A DNA stretch of 64,000 nucleotides, from IMG/VR virus record IMGVR_UViG_3300035156_000206, positions 1-64,000 of that record. The stretch is one strand, 5' to 3'. Each line of letters starts with the position of its first letter. The stretch's first letter is position 1. Below the pieces are notes generated by a model. The model was not told the DNA's origin and did not search any database. It saw nothing but the letters and a program-made list of their open reading frames with translations. A program made the position numbers and the translations under genes. This document shows positions 51,013-60,175 of the stretch, piece by piece.

Positions 51013-51615
51013 TTAGGCCCACCACTTGTCGAGAGACAAGTTAGAGTCAAACACTGTCGATTCGATCTTGGTCTCTAGCACTTCAATATCGATTCCCCGA
51101 GCAGCATTCCTGCCTTTGAGACGATTGGAGTCCTTCATGATCTGGTAGTCAATCCAGCGCACGTCCCCTTTGTAGTAGCGGGCATTGACAAAGACGGTCT
51201 CCATATCGCCCTTCACTTCCATTGGGTTGGAAGATTGGACAAAACCATCTGGCATGAATATCTCTTGTCCCACCTTTTTGCGCACCTTGATATGGCATTC
51301 ACGATACGTAGTTAGCCCCACAGGAAGTGTTGGTAGGGATTCGTGCTCCAGCTTCTGGCGAATCACAGTATGCCCATCGTCTGTTAGAGCTAGCGCTGTG
51401 TTACGCACGCTGTGCATCATACTAGTCACGTCAGGCGTCTTGATAGTATCTGTCACGTAATGGCGGGTGATCATCACGTCTTTCTGCTTCCGGTCGCCTT
51501 TTGCTAACAGGATGATCGTTGTCTTCCAGCCTGGTGGTGCAACGAACTTGTCGTCGTCTGTCAACAGGGTAATGTGGGCATGAAATTTGCCCTTGAGGTC
51601 TGCAACTGCCGTCAT
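51013..51615 (-). CDS. Hypothetical protein
   Basis: start moved to MTAVAD; H.H...K.E...E pattern, CYTH-like possible. Confidence 0.75.
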   Translation of the reverse strand: MTAVADLKGKFHAHITLLTDDDKFVAPPGWKTTIILLAKGDRKQKDVMITRHYVTDTIKTPDVTSMMHSVRNTALALTDDGHTVIRQKLEHESLPTLPVGLTTYRECHIKVRKKVGQEIFMPDGFVQSSNPMEVKGDMETVFVNARYYKGDVRWIDYQIMKDSNRLKGRNAARGIDIEVLETKIESTVFDSNLSLDKWWA

Positions 51616-51616
51616 A

Positions 51617-52033
51617 TTATGCTTTCGGTGTGATTGGTTTGCCGTAGTAGCGATACCATCCAGGCTTCTGACTGATACGGAGTTTGATTCGTTCGCGAAC
51701 AACGTTCTTGTCTGCTTCGCTTGCTTCCCAGTTCTTGTACAAATGGTCAGGCCACTTCTCTTTGGGGAATGGGTGCTGGGGTTCAAAGCCACGGGTGCGC
51801 ATCTCAGCAGTGAGACTCTCATACCGCTCGTGCAAGTACAACCCCTTATTATAGAAGAAGTAGCAGTGGCCAGCATTCAGTGTGAACTTCTTGGGAACCT
51901 TCTTCTCAACATACCCAAGGCTACTATCAAGCGTGCGCTGGAGGTTAGCGCAAAGCAGTCGCATTTCCCGGTACTCGGCAATCAGATGCTGATCCATCAG
52001 TTCTTTTGGCTCGACAAGGTTAATTCTGGTCAT
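51617..52033 (-). CDS. denV: Pyrimidine-dimer DNA glycosylase, T4 endonuclease V-like
   Basis: MTRINLV...L.DQHL.AEYRE, FTL..GH..FFYNK, RI..KP.WY. Confidence 0.95.
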   Translation of the reverse strand: MTRINLVEPKELMDQHLIAEYREMRLLCANLQRTLDSSLGYVEKKVPKKFTLNAGHCYFFYNKGLYLHERYESLTAEMRTRGFEPQHPFPKEKWPDHLYKNWEASEADKNVVRERIKLRISQKPGWYRYYGKPITPKA

Positions 52034-52162
52034 ACAAACTCCGGTGCATATCAAGATTCAACATTATATACGTCAAAAAATAATCCAACAACTGTTGCTT
52101 TTTGTTGGTTCCTTCTGTACAATGAAACACATCATCACAACCCTCAACCATTCTTACGGCAC

Positions 52163-52480
52163 ATGAAACTTACAAACGAGCAACTATTGCAGCAACTGAA
52201 AGACAACATCAACAAGGTAGTATCGGATATGGTCACCTTGAGCCTTCATGATTATGAAACAACAGGGAAGGGACTGATTGTTGGCGACAAGCCACTAGTC
52301 ACACCAGAACTGGTAGTGGATTTGTTTGAGGCTCATGTCAAACGCGTATTCAATCCAGAATATGTCTTGCCCACTCTGAACTCACTGGCAATCTTCCGCT
52401 TGATGAAGTATGATCCTGTGCAAGAAGTGTTGCATTGGAACAAAACCGCCTCTTCAATCTACGTAAAGCAGAACCCATGA
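52163..52480 (+). CDS. Hypothetical protein
   Basis: 105 aa from MKLTNE. Confidence 0.7.
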   Translation: MKLTNEQLLQQLKDNINKVVSDMVTLSLHDYETTGKGLIVGDKPLVTPELVVDLFEAHVKRVFNPEYVLPTLNSLAIFRLMKYDPVQEVLHWNKTASSIYVKQNP

Positions 52481-53133
52481 AATACAATACCAAAGTCATC
52501 AACATGTTCGGGGGCCCAGGTGCTGGCAAAAGTGTTGCCGCAATGGAGCTGACGGCACGGTTGAAGCGTGCTGGCAAGACTGCAGAATATGTTACAGAAG
52601 TAGCAAAAGATCTTGTTCATGAAGATACGACAGTTTTGTATCGCTACCAAGATTGGATTTCTGCAGAGCAAAATCGTCGTCAGGGCCGTTTAATTGGACA
52701 ATACGAATACATCGTCACAGACAGTCCTCTCCTGCTAGGAATCTTCTACTGTCCTCCAAATTACTATCCATCTTTCAAACAGTTGATTCTGGAGAAATTC
52801 TGGTCTTACGACAACATCAACTTCTACCTGCACCGCAATAGCCCATACGAAGCAATCGGCCGGTATCAAGATGAAAATGGTGCCAAGCGACTGGATCTGC
52901 AAATCCAATCGTACCTACGTCACAACGGCATTCAATTCCAGAACATCACATCGGATGACAACATTGGACAGAACCTAATGGATGCAATGTTCCCACCGGC
53001 TCCTGTTATCGTGCCACCACGATTCAAACCAGAGCACGTAGCAGCAGCTCGGAACATATGTGCCTCGTCCACGATAGAACGACCATGGCCATTCCCGGAG
53101 CCAGCCAAGTTCAAGAGCAACGACGGAGCGTAA
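52477..53133 (+). CDS. P-loop NTPase/kinase (AAA_28, NadR-like)
   Basis: GGPGAGKS, E.AK, VTDSPL motifs. Confidence 0.85.
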   Translation: MKYNTKVINMFGGPGAGKSVAAMELTARLKRAGKTAEYVTEVAKDLVHEDTTVLYRYQDWISAEQNRRQGRLIGQYEYIVTDSPLLLGIFYCPPNYYPSFKQLILEKFWSYDNINFYLHRNSPYEAIGRYQDENGAKRLDLQIQSYLRHNGIQFQNITSDDNIGQNLMDAMFPPAPVIVPPRFKPEHVAAARNICASSTIERPWPFPEPAKFKSNDGA

Positions 53134-53134
53134 G

Positions 53135-53542
53135 ATGACACAATTCTTCTTGGACTTCATCGTCCTACCAATTGCAGTGCTGTTCTATCTTGCGTTCTCC
53201 TGGATCGACTACGCTTTGGCCAAGGTTAAAATAGGCATATTTTATGCTCAGTGCTCCATTGGCTACCATAAGACTGTAGAGTGTGGGCCTCATCGTCAGC
53301 AGTGTTCGTGCTGCAACAAACACTTCGATATTGATTTGATGGCTACAAACCTGGAACAGTCCCGCATTGGCTTCACCGAGCAAACAATTCGCTTGGGTTC
53401 GTGCGGCAAGATCGATGAGCTGCCTTGGGTCAACGAATTGACTGGCGGCAAAGGCAACCTGTTATCTGAACTGTACCGCACATACGACATACTGTGGGTT
53501 ATGTGGCATGATGGGATGCACAACTTTAGGAATGACCAATGA
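53135..53542 (+). CDS. Hypothetical protein with N-terminal TM helix and Cys/His cluster
   Basis: 135 aa. Confidence 0.7.
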   Translation: MTQFFLDFIVLPIAVLFYLAFSWIDYALAKVKIGIFYAQCSIGYHKTVECGPHRQQCSCCNKHFDIDLMATNLEQSRIGFTEQTIRLGSCGKIDELPWVNELTGGKGNLLSELYRTYDILWVMWHDGMHNFRNDQ

Positions 53543-54177
53543 TCGATACAACATACCTCTGGATCAACGAATCAATCAGCATATCCATCGAACACTCCCA
53601 GATGGAAATCTACCGCAACAAGTTCGTCCAGTACATTACAGATGGGTGTCTCGTGATTACTGGTACGGGTGGATATCGAATAGGTACTCCAGGTAATGGC
53701 AACATGATGCGGGTGTACGAGATGATCTCCCTTGCTGGGTATGTTGTTGGTGACCAGACATCATTCATGATGGAATTGGCACGCCAAGTAGGCCCGTCTA
53801 ATGAGCACCTGTTGAACTGGGATACCATTGGCCACCAGCTGTTCAAGCTTTTGGCGTCCGATCGAATGGTAGTTCGCGCAATCAAAGACTATGTGGCTGC
53901 TACTCAACGTGAACGTCGTGAGGAGATCATGTTTGCCCAAGGCAGAGTGCAACATCAATTGAGGATGCGTTACGATGACGATTGTGGCATTGAGCCTCAA
54001 TTCATCATCCCTGATGCTAACCCACACCAATTGTACTTCATTGTGGGCTCAGAACTGCGGTATATCCCGGAGGTACGCGGATGGATTCGTGATGGGAGTG
54101 ACGTGACGATCGGAAATATCTCAAATGGTGTTGATCTATCTGTTGCTTCAAAGGAAGATGAATCGGATGAAGAATAA
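53539..54177 (+). CDS. Hypothetical protein
   Basis: 212 aa; ATGA overlap. Confidence 0.75.
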   Translation: MIDTTYLWINESISISIEHSQMEIYRNKFVQYITDGCLVITGTGGYRIGTPGNGNMMRVYEMISLAGYVVGDQTSFMMELARQVGPSNEHLLNWDTIGHQLFKLLASDRMVVRAIKDYVAATQRERREEIMFAQGRVQHQLRMRYDDDCGIEPQFIIPDANPHQLYFIVGSELRYIPEVRGWIRDGSDVTIGNISNGVDLSVASKEDESDEE

Positions 54178-54188
54178 CAAGGACTAAC

Positions 54189-55205
54189 ATGAACGTTTTA
54201 CTGACAATGCCATTCGGCTCGCGCTTGTATGGCACGTTCGATGAAAACTCGGATTGGGACTGGAAGAAGCTGGTACTTCCTGAGATTGAGGACCTCTTGG
54301 TTGGTGTGCCCATCAAGAACAAGTTCTTCTCCTCGGCTTCGGACACTGTAAAGAATACCTCTGATGATACTGACACAGAGATCATTCACCTGCAGACGTT
54401 CGCTCGTGATGTACTAGCTGGTCAGACGTATGCTCTCGAGATGATGTTTGCTGTCCTCAAGGGCCCGCGTCACATCAAGGGCATGGAACTTCACGATGAT
54501 CGTCTCCAGACTTTCTGTGGTGTGCTGTACGACGAATTCTTGACAAGCAACATCAACGCGATGGTGGGCTATGCTTACCACCAAGCCGAACTGTACAGTG
54601 ATAAGGGCAACCGACTGGATAAGCTGCACCAGTTTGAAGCACTGCTGCGGGAAGCAATGATTAAGGTTCCGATGACCAAGGAGTCGAAGCTGGAAGTGTT
54701 GATCGGTAGACCGGAACTGTGGGAACCAATGGTGGACAAGATGTTCTACCTGACTGAGGCACCGAACCCAGATGGTAGTGTTCAAATCTGTTTCAACTTG
54801 CTGGAGAAGCTGTACCCAGAAGGTATTACAATTCTGGAAGCACAGAAGCGTGTCAATTCGCACATCAGCAAATACGGCCGCCGTGCGAACCAAGCCATGG
54901 AGAACAAAGGGAAAGATTGGAAAGCAATTTCCCACGCTGTCCGTGTCACCATGGAAGCTGTCAGCGTGCTCCAGAACAAATGGATGGAACTACCGTTCTA
55001 CCAAGATGAAATCGAACTGCTCAAGAAGATCAAGTACGGCTTGATGCCTTGGGAAGAAGTCCAACCAATTCTTGTTGGTAACATTGACAAGCTGGCTGTA
55101 CTGCAGCGAGACTGCAACCTGCCTGTTTCAAGCCCCGAACTCAATGCGAAGTTTGAGGCATGGCTCAGGGAAGAAATGATGTACTTTTATGGAGTAAGAA
55201 AATGA
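54189..55205 (+). CDS. DNA pol beta-superfamily nucleotidyltransferase
   Basis: FGSRLYGT...SDWD motif; DWKAISHAVR. Confidence 0.85.
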   Translation: MNVLLTMPFGSRLYGTFDENSDWDWKKLVLPEIEDLLVGVPIKNKFFSSASDTVKNTSDDTDTEIIHLQTFARDVLAGQTYALEMMFAVLKGPRHIKGMELHDDRLQTFCGVLYDEFLTSNINAMVGYAYHQAELYSDKGNRLDKLHQFEALLREAMIKVPMTKESKLEVLIGRPELWEPMVDKMFYLTEAPNPDGSVQICFNLLEKLYPEGITILEAQKRVNSHISKYGRRANQAMENKGKDWKAISHAVRVTMEAVSVLQNKWMELPFYQDEIELLKKIKYGLMPWEEVQPILVGNIDKLAVLQRDCNLPVSSPELNAKFEAWLREEMMYFYGVRK

Positions 55206-55375
55206 TTGACCCAACCCGCGTTCAGTTCTACGTAAAGACCCCTTCGGGGGTTCTAGGCCCATTCCCATCCAAGTTTGTGGCCGACATGGCAGTGCTGGCA
55301 CAACCAGCAGATGTCCAATCACAGTGCATCGTCGAAGGTAAGACCGACGACGGCAAAAACATTCTACTGGGATAA
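55202..55375 (+). CDS. Hypothetical protein
   Basis: 57 aa; ATGA overlap; ends ILLG. Confidence 0.65.
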   Translation: MIDPTRVQFYVKTPSGVLGPFPSKFVADMAVLAQPADVQSQCIVEGKTDDGKNILLG

Positions 55376-55377
55376 CC

Positions 55378-55662
55378 ATGGTCACCGTTACCAGCGACGC
55401 TGATTTACCTTGGTACGTTCTTCCACCAAAGGATGATCCTATGCACAATACGGTATTCAAAGCCCTCACAGCATTTGGCGTTGCACAAAGTGCTGGTGAG
55501 GAGTTGGATGCCGAGAACACTCAAGTCCTGGTAACGGCACGGAAGGTGTTCTATCAGCGTGCAGAGCGCCAACTTGATCGCCAGATGCAAGAACAACTTG
55601 CAGCAATGCTGGAAGATGACGGCGATCTGTTGGATGTACTTGAGCTTTACTGGGGCGACTGA
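55378..55662 (+). CDS. Hypothetical protein
   Basis: 94-aa ORF. Confidence 0.7.
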   Translation: MVTVTSDADLPWYVLPPKDDPMHNTVFKALTAFGVAQSAGEELDAENTQVLVTARKVFYQRAERQLDRQMQEQLAAMLEDDGDLLDVLELYWGD

Positions 55663-55964
55663 TGGACCAAAACATCACACTTCCATTTCCATTGGAACAG
55701 CAAGAGCAGGCTGAGTGGGACGCCTTCACAAAACAAAAGGCTGACGAGCTCGACGAGGAGATAGTACAGGACTTGTTGAAACTTGTCAATGAAGGCAAGG
55801 TATCAGCTTGTGCGTGTATGGGACCTCTCCGTGGGGATCCGTACTGCTTCTGTGAGATGAACCGAAGAGGGCTGACGCCTACTCCGTCTAGCCCTGAAGA
55901 AGACGCACAACTGAAAGCCGCATTGGCCAAAATGTTTGGCTGGGAGGAAGTAAAACGTGGATAA
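55662..55964 (+). CDS. Hypothetical protein with CACMGP...CFC cluster
   Basis: 100 aa; TGATG overlap. Confidence 0.7.
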   Translation: MDQNITLPFPLEQQEQAEWDAFTKQKADELDEEIVQDLLKLVNEGKVSACACMGPLRGDPYCFCEMNRRGLTPTPSSPEEDAQLKAALAKMFGWEEVKRG

Positions 55965-56127
55965 TCGAATCGTCCGAGCCTATCACTTGGTAGTATCAAG
56001 TACCCAATCAGGATTGACTGAAGAGGTCAATTTTAGGATTGACCATGGATTTCAACCATTTGGCAGTGGCTATTACAATAGTGCTGGTGGATATTATTGC
56101 CAGCCCATGGTGACATATGAAGATTAG
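55957..56127 (+). CDS. Small DUF1737-like protein
   Basis: hand-translated 56 aa ending GFQPFG...YCQPMV. Confidence 0.55.
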   Translation: MDNRIVRAYHLVVSSTQSGLTEEVNFRIDHGFQPFGSGYYNSAGGYYCQPMVTYED

Positions 56128-56374
56128 TCCTCATATCACAAGCATTCGATTCTCCTCTGCACCTGAGCGCAAACCCGCTCTCAAGACAGGTACAACTAAG
56201 TTCTTCAAAGGGACTGGTCACAAAAAGGGATGGTATATCTTGAAGCACGAGAAGTACCATAACTTCAGAGGTGAACCGTTAGGGTACGTCAGTAATGGTC
56301 GAGGTGGGCTCAGAACAGAGTGGGTAAAAATGGATCCCCAGCCGGAAGCACCTGTAAATGTCAGCTCAAGTTGA
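56117..56374 (+). CDS. Hypothetical basic protein
   Basis: 85-aa ORF. Confidence 0.65.
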   Translation: MKISPHITSIRFSSAPERKPALKTGTTKFFKGTGHKKGWYILKHEKYHNFRGEPLGYVSNGRGGLRTEWVKMDPQPEAPVNVSSS

Positions 56375-56417
56375 GTAACTGATAAATACCCCTTTAAAAC
56401 AATCCACTGGAGAAAAT

Positions 56418-56927
56418 ATGGACTTCCTTAAAAGCATTCTCGAGACGGCGTCAGAGCTGGATCAAAAGAAACTGTACGAAGCGATCGAAGCTGACATCAC
56501 TGCTGCTTTCGGCAAATGTGTGGAACTGGCTAAGTCACAAAACGAACACCTGGACGAAGAAGTGGCTGACGATGTTGTGTCAACCATGGGCATGGACAAG
56601 CTGGACGAAGTGTCACGTCAAGATGATGAAGGCATCAATCTGAATCTCGGCGAATCTGTTGACGCAGCGTTCCAATCGGATGTAGACTTACTGGAAAGTG
56701 TTTCAGATGCAACTATTGTTGGTATCTACGACATCATGACCGAGACATTCGAGCAAGCTGTACAACGCATCGAGAAGTCAGACCGCAAACTGCGTATGAC
56801 CTCAAAAGATGGCAAAACCAAATACAAGACTCGTCGTCGTGCAGCAGAAGCTTGTGCTGCAGCATCGATGGCTGCTGTATTCGGCAAAAAAGGTGTAAGT
56901 GCCAAAGCGAAGCGCGGCAAGGCCTAA
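56418..56927 (+). CDS. Late acidic protein, possible head protein
   Basis: TAAATA 56383-56388; GGAG; MDFLKSILE, several LxE sites. Confidence 0.75.
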   Translation: MDFLKSILETASELDQKKLYEAIEADITAAFGKCVELAKSQNEHLDEEVADDVVSTMGMDKLDEVSRQDDEGINLNLGESVDAAFQSDVDLLESVSDATIVGIYDIMTETFEQAVQRIEKSDRKLRMTSKDGKTKYKTRRRAAEACAAASMAAVFGKKGVSAKAKRGKA

Positions 56928-57012
56928 TTTGTAAACAAAGGCACTTGGGAAACCGAGTGCTCTTTCGAGAATATATAATGGGACAACTTAGTATGAATAC
57001 CGGAGCAACATT

Positions 57013-57204
57013 GTGAATTCTCAAAAGGAAGACAAGAATACCGTGGCCCAAGATAGTCTCATCAAGAAATTGAAGGTCATGGTGGTAACACTGCAACGGT
57101 CACTCCAAATCAATGATTTAAAGATGCGGAGGCAGGCTCAAGAAATCAGGGAGCTAAAGGCCGAAAACACGTCCTTAAAAGAGAAGGTAAAACGACATGG
57201 GTAA
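57013..57204 (+). CDS. Small coiled-coil protein
   Basis: 63 aa; GGAG RBS. Confidence 0.65.
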   Translation: MNSQKEDKNTVAQDSLIKKLKVMVVTLQRSLQINDLKMRRQAQEIRELKAENTSLKEKVKRHG

Positions 57205-57637
57205 CATTTTTGAAGCAGCAGTACAATCAGCAATGCCTTGGTACGTACGTCACTGGCGTACCATTTTGGTAGTGTTGGCAGCGATCGTAGTTACGGTCTA
57301 TATCAACGTTCTCCAGGGCAAGCTCGATCAACAAGCAATCGAGTTGAAAACCGCAAGTGATGCACTAGTTCGTGCAACTACTCAGTACCAGTCTGATCTA
57401 GCTTACCTGAAGGCTTCGATCTACAAGCAGAACTTAGCCATCACAGAAGCGGAACTGGCCGCAAAACAAGCCAAGACTGAACTTGCTTACGCAGCTACTA
57501 AAAGTAGCACACTGAAAGCGAATGCAGATCGCCAAGTGAATCAGATTCTGCAGCAACCCAAGCCAGCCAACGCCGATGCAGCAATCACATCGCTCGTCGT
57601 TGGTGTGTCTTACTTACAGTGGGATCAAATCAAATGA
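57197..57637 (+). CDS. i-spanin (Rz-like)
   Basis: N-terminal TM then coiled coil; overlaps a lipoprotein gene. Confidence 0.75.
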   Translation: MGNIFEAAVQSAMPWYVRHWRTILVVLAAIVVTVYINVLQGKLDQQAIELKTASDALVRATTQYQSDLAYLKASIYKQNLAITEAELAAKQAKTELAYAATKSSTLKANADRQVNQILQQPKPANADAAITSLVVGVSYLQWDQIK

Positions 57638-57954
57638 AACAATACGCCCTCATCCTCGCCGTGTTGCTGACCGGATGTGCTAGTGTGGGAGGTGGTCAAA
57701 ACGTTGTTCCTACACGTGTTGACACCGTTGAAGTCAAGGTGCAGGTTATGGTACCTATTCCAGCACCACCTGTCACAGCTCGGCCTGCACTTGTGATCTT
57801 TGATCTCAAGGAAGCAGACAAGAAAGACCCGGGCAAAGTCGCGCTTGCTTATCAAGCCACAATCAAGCAGCTTCAAGGATATGCGTTACAATTGGAAACG
57901 GTTGTAGAGAGCTATCGCAAGCTATCAAAGGAGAAACCGAATGAAGGTAAATGA
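57634..57954 (+). CDS. o-spanin (Rz1-like lipoprotein)
   Basis: LLTG|C lipobox; Pro-rich segment. Confidence 0.75.
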   Translation: MKQYALILAVLLTGCASVGGGQNVVPTRVDTVEVKVQVMVPIPAPPVTARPALVIFDLKEADKKDPGKVALAYQATIKQLQGYALQLETVVESYRKLSKEKPNEGK

Positions 57955-58252
57955 GATTTTCGGTCTCAATGAGGCTGGTCCAGTGGATCAGTCCGAATTG
58001 GATGATACCACTTACGATGCCATCAAGCACGAGCTAGATGTACTATCGAAAGAAGAGGAGCGCGAGTTTCCAACGGCACTTGCCTTGGTACATGCTGCTT
58101 ATGAGGCGACCGATGTTGAACGTCCAACGCCTGCCATGCGAGGTGGTTGGATTCAGTACGAGACATTGATCACCCTAGCTGTACAAATCCTTGCCAAGAA
58201 CCGTCCTGATGGTAATTGGCGTCTGACTACTGCTACATCGAAAGCAAAATAA
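57941..58252 (+). CDS. Protein with MKVNEIFGLNE N-terminus, possible head protein
   Basis: 103 aa; AAGGAG. Confidence 0.75.
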   Translation: MKVNEIFGLNEAGPVDQSELDDTTYDAIKHELDVLSKEEEREFPTALALVHAAYEATDVERPTPAMRGGWIQYETLITLAVQILAKNRPDGNWRLTTATSKAK

Positions 58253-58572
58253 TGGGCTTCATCAGCAAGATCCGCGAACACTTCACAGAGAAGAAGGCAG
58301 AACGAGAATACCTAGAGGCGAAGGCAATGCTTGAAAGCCCAGACCTCTTCTCAAAAGCGCAGCGTGCTGCCCTGTATGAGTTGTTCCCAAAAGCCTGGAC
58401 CCACATGGATAACTTCACTCAAGAAGAGATCTTCCGGATCGCAGTAACAATGGCCTTGTTTGGAATGGCATGTGACACTCCACAAAAGTTGAAAAATGCA
58501 ATGGACCTATTGCTGGTCCAGAAGATTTACTTCGTTGATGGTGGTAATCCAAACGTTCTCAAGCGGGCGTAA
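58252..58572 (+). CDS. Hypothetical protein
   Basis: TAATG overlap; 106 aa. Confidence 0.7.
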   Translation: MGFISKIREHFTEKKAEREYLEAKAMLESPDLFSKAQRAALYELFPKAWTHMDNFTQEEIFRIAVTMALFGMACDTPQKLKNAMDLLLVQKIYFVDGGNPNVLKRA

Positions 58573-58603
58573 TAAATAACACTAACTATCACTTGGAGTA
58601 ACT

Positions 58604-59128
58604 ATGGATCTCAAACGCATGAAACAACTGGCTGGATTGAACGAAGCCAAAGAAGAAGGTATGCAACCTCTGGAAAAGAGCGATGCAGGTAAGAAGAGTG
58701 CCGTTGAGGCAATCAAAAAAGGTATCCCACCAGGTACTGAGCACGAAACAGAAGACCATGATGTCGTTCTGGACGACCGTGGCAATGTCAAGGTCAGCAA
58801 CGAAAAAGTCATTACCAAAACTGGTGGTGAGCCAGCTAAAGTCACTGCCCCAGGCAAACTGAAGCTGAAAGAAGCATTCTTCGAACTTCTGGAAAACAGC
58901 GTAGCAGCCGCTAAGGCAAAGCGCGATGGTGACCGTAAAGCTGCTGAAGAACTGCACAAGAAGGAAGCTAGCGACCTGAACTTCACGTCGTATGGTGCCT
59001 GGGCTGCTGCAGTTAAGAAGCGTGGCGGGACGATCGATGGTGACTCAGAGAACGCAACTGCCCATGCTGGTGACCACCGCATTGGCGATTGGGATGCTGA
59101 AGATGGTGGTATTGTCCACCGCGTATAA
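58604..59128 (+). CDS. Late protein with LAGLNE N-terminus, possible head protein
   Basis: TAAATA 58573-58578; GGAG; MDLKRMKQLAGLNE. Confidence 0.8.
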   Translation: MDLKRMKQLAGLNEAKEEGMQPLEKSDAGKKSAVEAIKKGIPPGTEHETEDHDVVLDDRGNVKVSNEKVITKTGGEPAKVTAPGKLKLKEAFFELLENSVAAAKAKRDGDRKAAEELHKKEASDLNFTSYGAWAAAVKKRGGTIDGDSENATAHAGDHRIGDWDAEDGGIVHRV

Positions 59129-59140
59129 CAAAGGAAACAA

Positions 59141-59332
59141 ATGTCAATTCTCATTAGCCTTATTGTGTATCTGATCGTCTTCGGACTGATCTGGTGGCTG
59201 ATCTCATTCCTGCCATTGCCACAACCAGTTGCACAAATCGTTCAGGTGTTGTTTATCATCATCATGATCCTGATTGTGTTGTCTGCATTTGGCTTCATCC
59301 CAGGTGGGCATCTGCCTGCACTACACTTGTAA
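59141..59332 (+). CDS. Small two-TM membrane protein
   Basis: LLPLPQP-type hinge between helices. Confidence 0.8.
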   Translation: MSILISLIVYLIVFGLIWWLISFLPLPQPVAQIVQVLFIIIMILIVLSAFGFIPGGHLPALHL

Positions 59333-59357
59333 CTTGCTGTTTGACAGCACCGTAGTT

Positions 59358-59386
59358 TTGAAGGTCCTTCGGGACCTTCCTTTTTA
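59358..59386 (+). terminator. Rho-independent terminator
   Basis: GAAGGTCC-TTCG-GGACCTTC then T run. Confidence 0.85.
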
Positions 59387-59409
59387 TAACCATACCATAT
59401 AGGTACACA

Positions 59410-59703
59410 ATGCCCTTTTTTCGCGTCAAACCAGTAGTAGTTAAAGCCACCCGTTGGAATCACATGGGTGATCATGACTCCGTTGAATACGGCCTTGCCA
59501 CCCCAGAAGGATTGGTAACCGGTCTCGACAATGTAGCAGTTTGGCAAGGCGCTCATGGCGTCACAGAAGTATTCGTGCTCTTCACCCCACAAGGTGCAGC
59601 GTACGTCAACCCAGGCGACTGGATCGTCCGCAATCAAGACGGATCATACAGCGTCTTCAATCCCGAGCAGTTTAACCAGTTGTACGAATTCGCAGCGGAG
59701 TAA
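59410..59703 (+). CDS. Conserved phage protein, PGDW/PGDYG-type motif
   Basis: TPQG...VNPGDWIVRNQDG. Confidence 0.8.
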   Translation: MPFFRVKPVVVKATRWNHMGDHDSVEYGLATPEGLVTGLDNVAVWQGAHGVTEVFVLFTPQGAAYVNPGDWIVRNQDGSYSVFNPEQFNQLYEFAAE

Positions 59704-59705
59704 CA

Positions 59706-59957
59706 ATGAAAACATCAAACATCAACAAAATGACCCTCAAGGGTGCTGAAGAACTCCTCAAAACACTGAAGGCAAAGCTGACCGCAGATGAAGATATGTG
59801 GGAAGGTGAAGATTGGCGCACCGAGATTGGTTACGAAGATGACCACGACGAGAATTCCATCTACAATCTGAGCAATCTGGTAGACTGTCTGGAAAACTAT
59901 TGTGAAGATGGCGATGAGTTCGGTACAGAGGGCTGGCAACATCGGTACGATTTCTAA
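59706..59957 (+). CDS. Acidic hypothetical protein
   Basis: 83 aa; GGAG RBS. Confidence 0.7.
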   Translation: MKTSNINKMTLKGAEELLKTLKAKLTADEDMWEGEDWRTEIGYEDDHDENSIYNLSNLVDCLENYCEDGDEFGTEGWQHRYDF

Positions 59958-60175
59958 GTTCTGCCAGGGAGAGGCGTTGAACCCTCTCCTTTCCTTGCAC
60001 AAAAGATTCACCTAAATATTTTCATCGAAAGTAGTTGACTGGTTTGCTGAAGTTGTTGAATATGGACAACATTGATGCAAACGACCGGGGATTCCGGTGC
60101 ACAGTAAACACTTCACCCAGTTTTGTAGTACCGTCCAGGATAGACCTGAACGTTTTTATTATAGAGGATTTCTAT

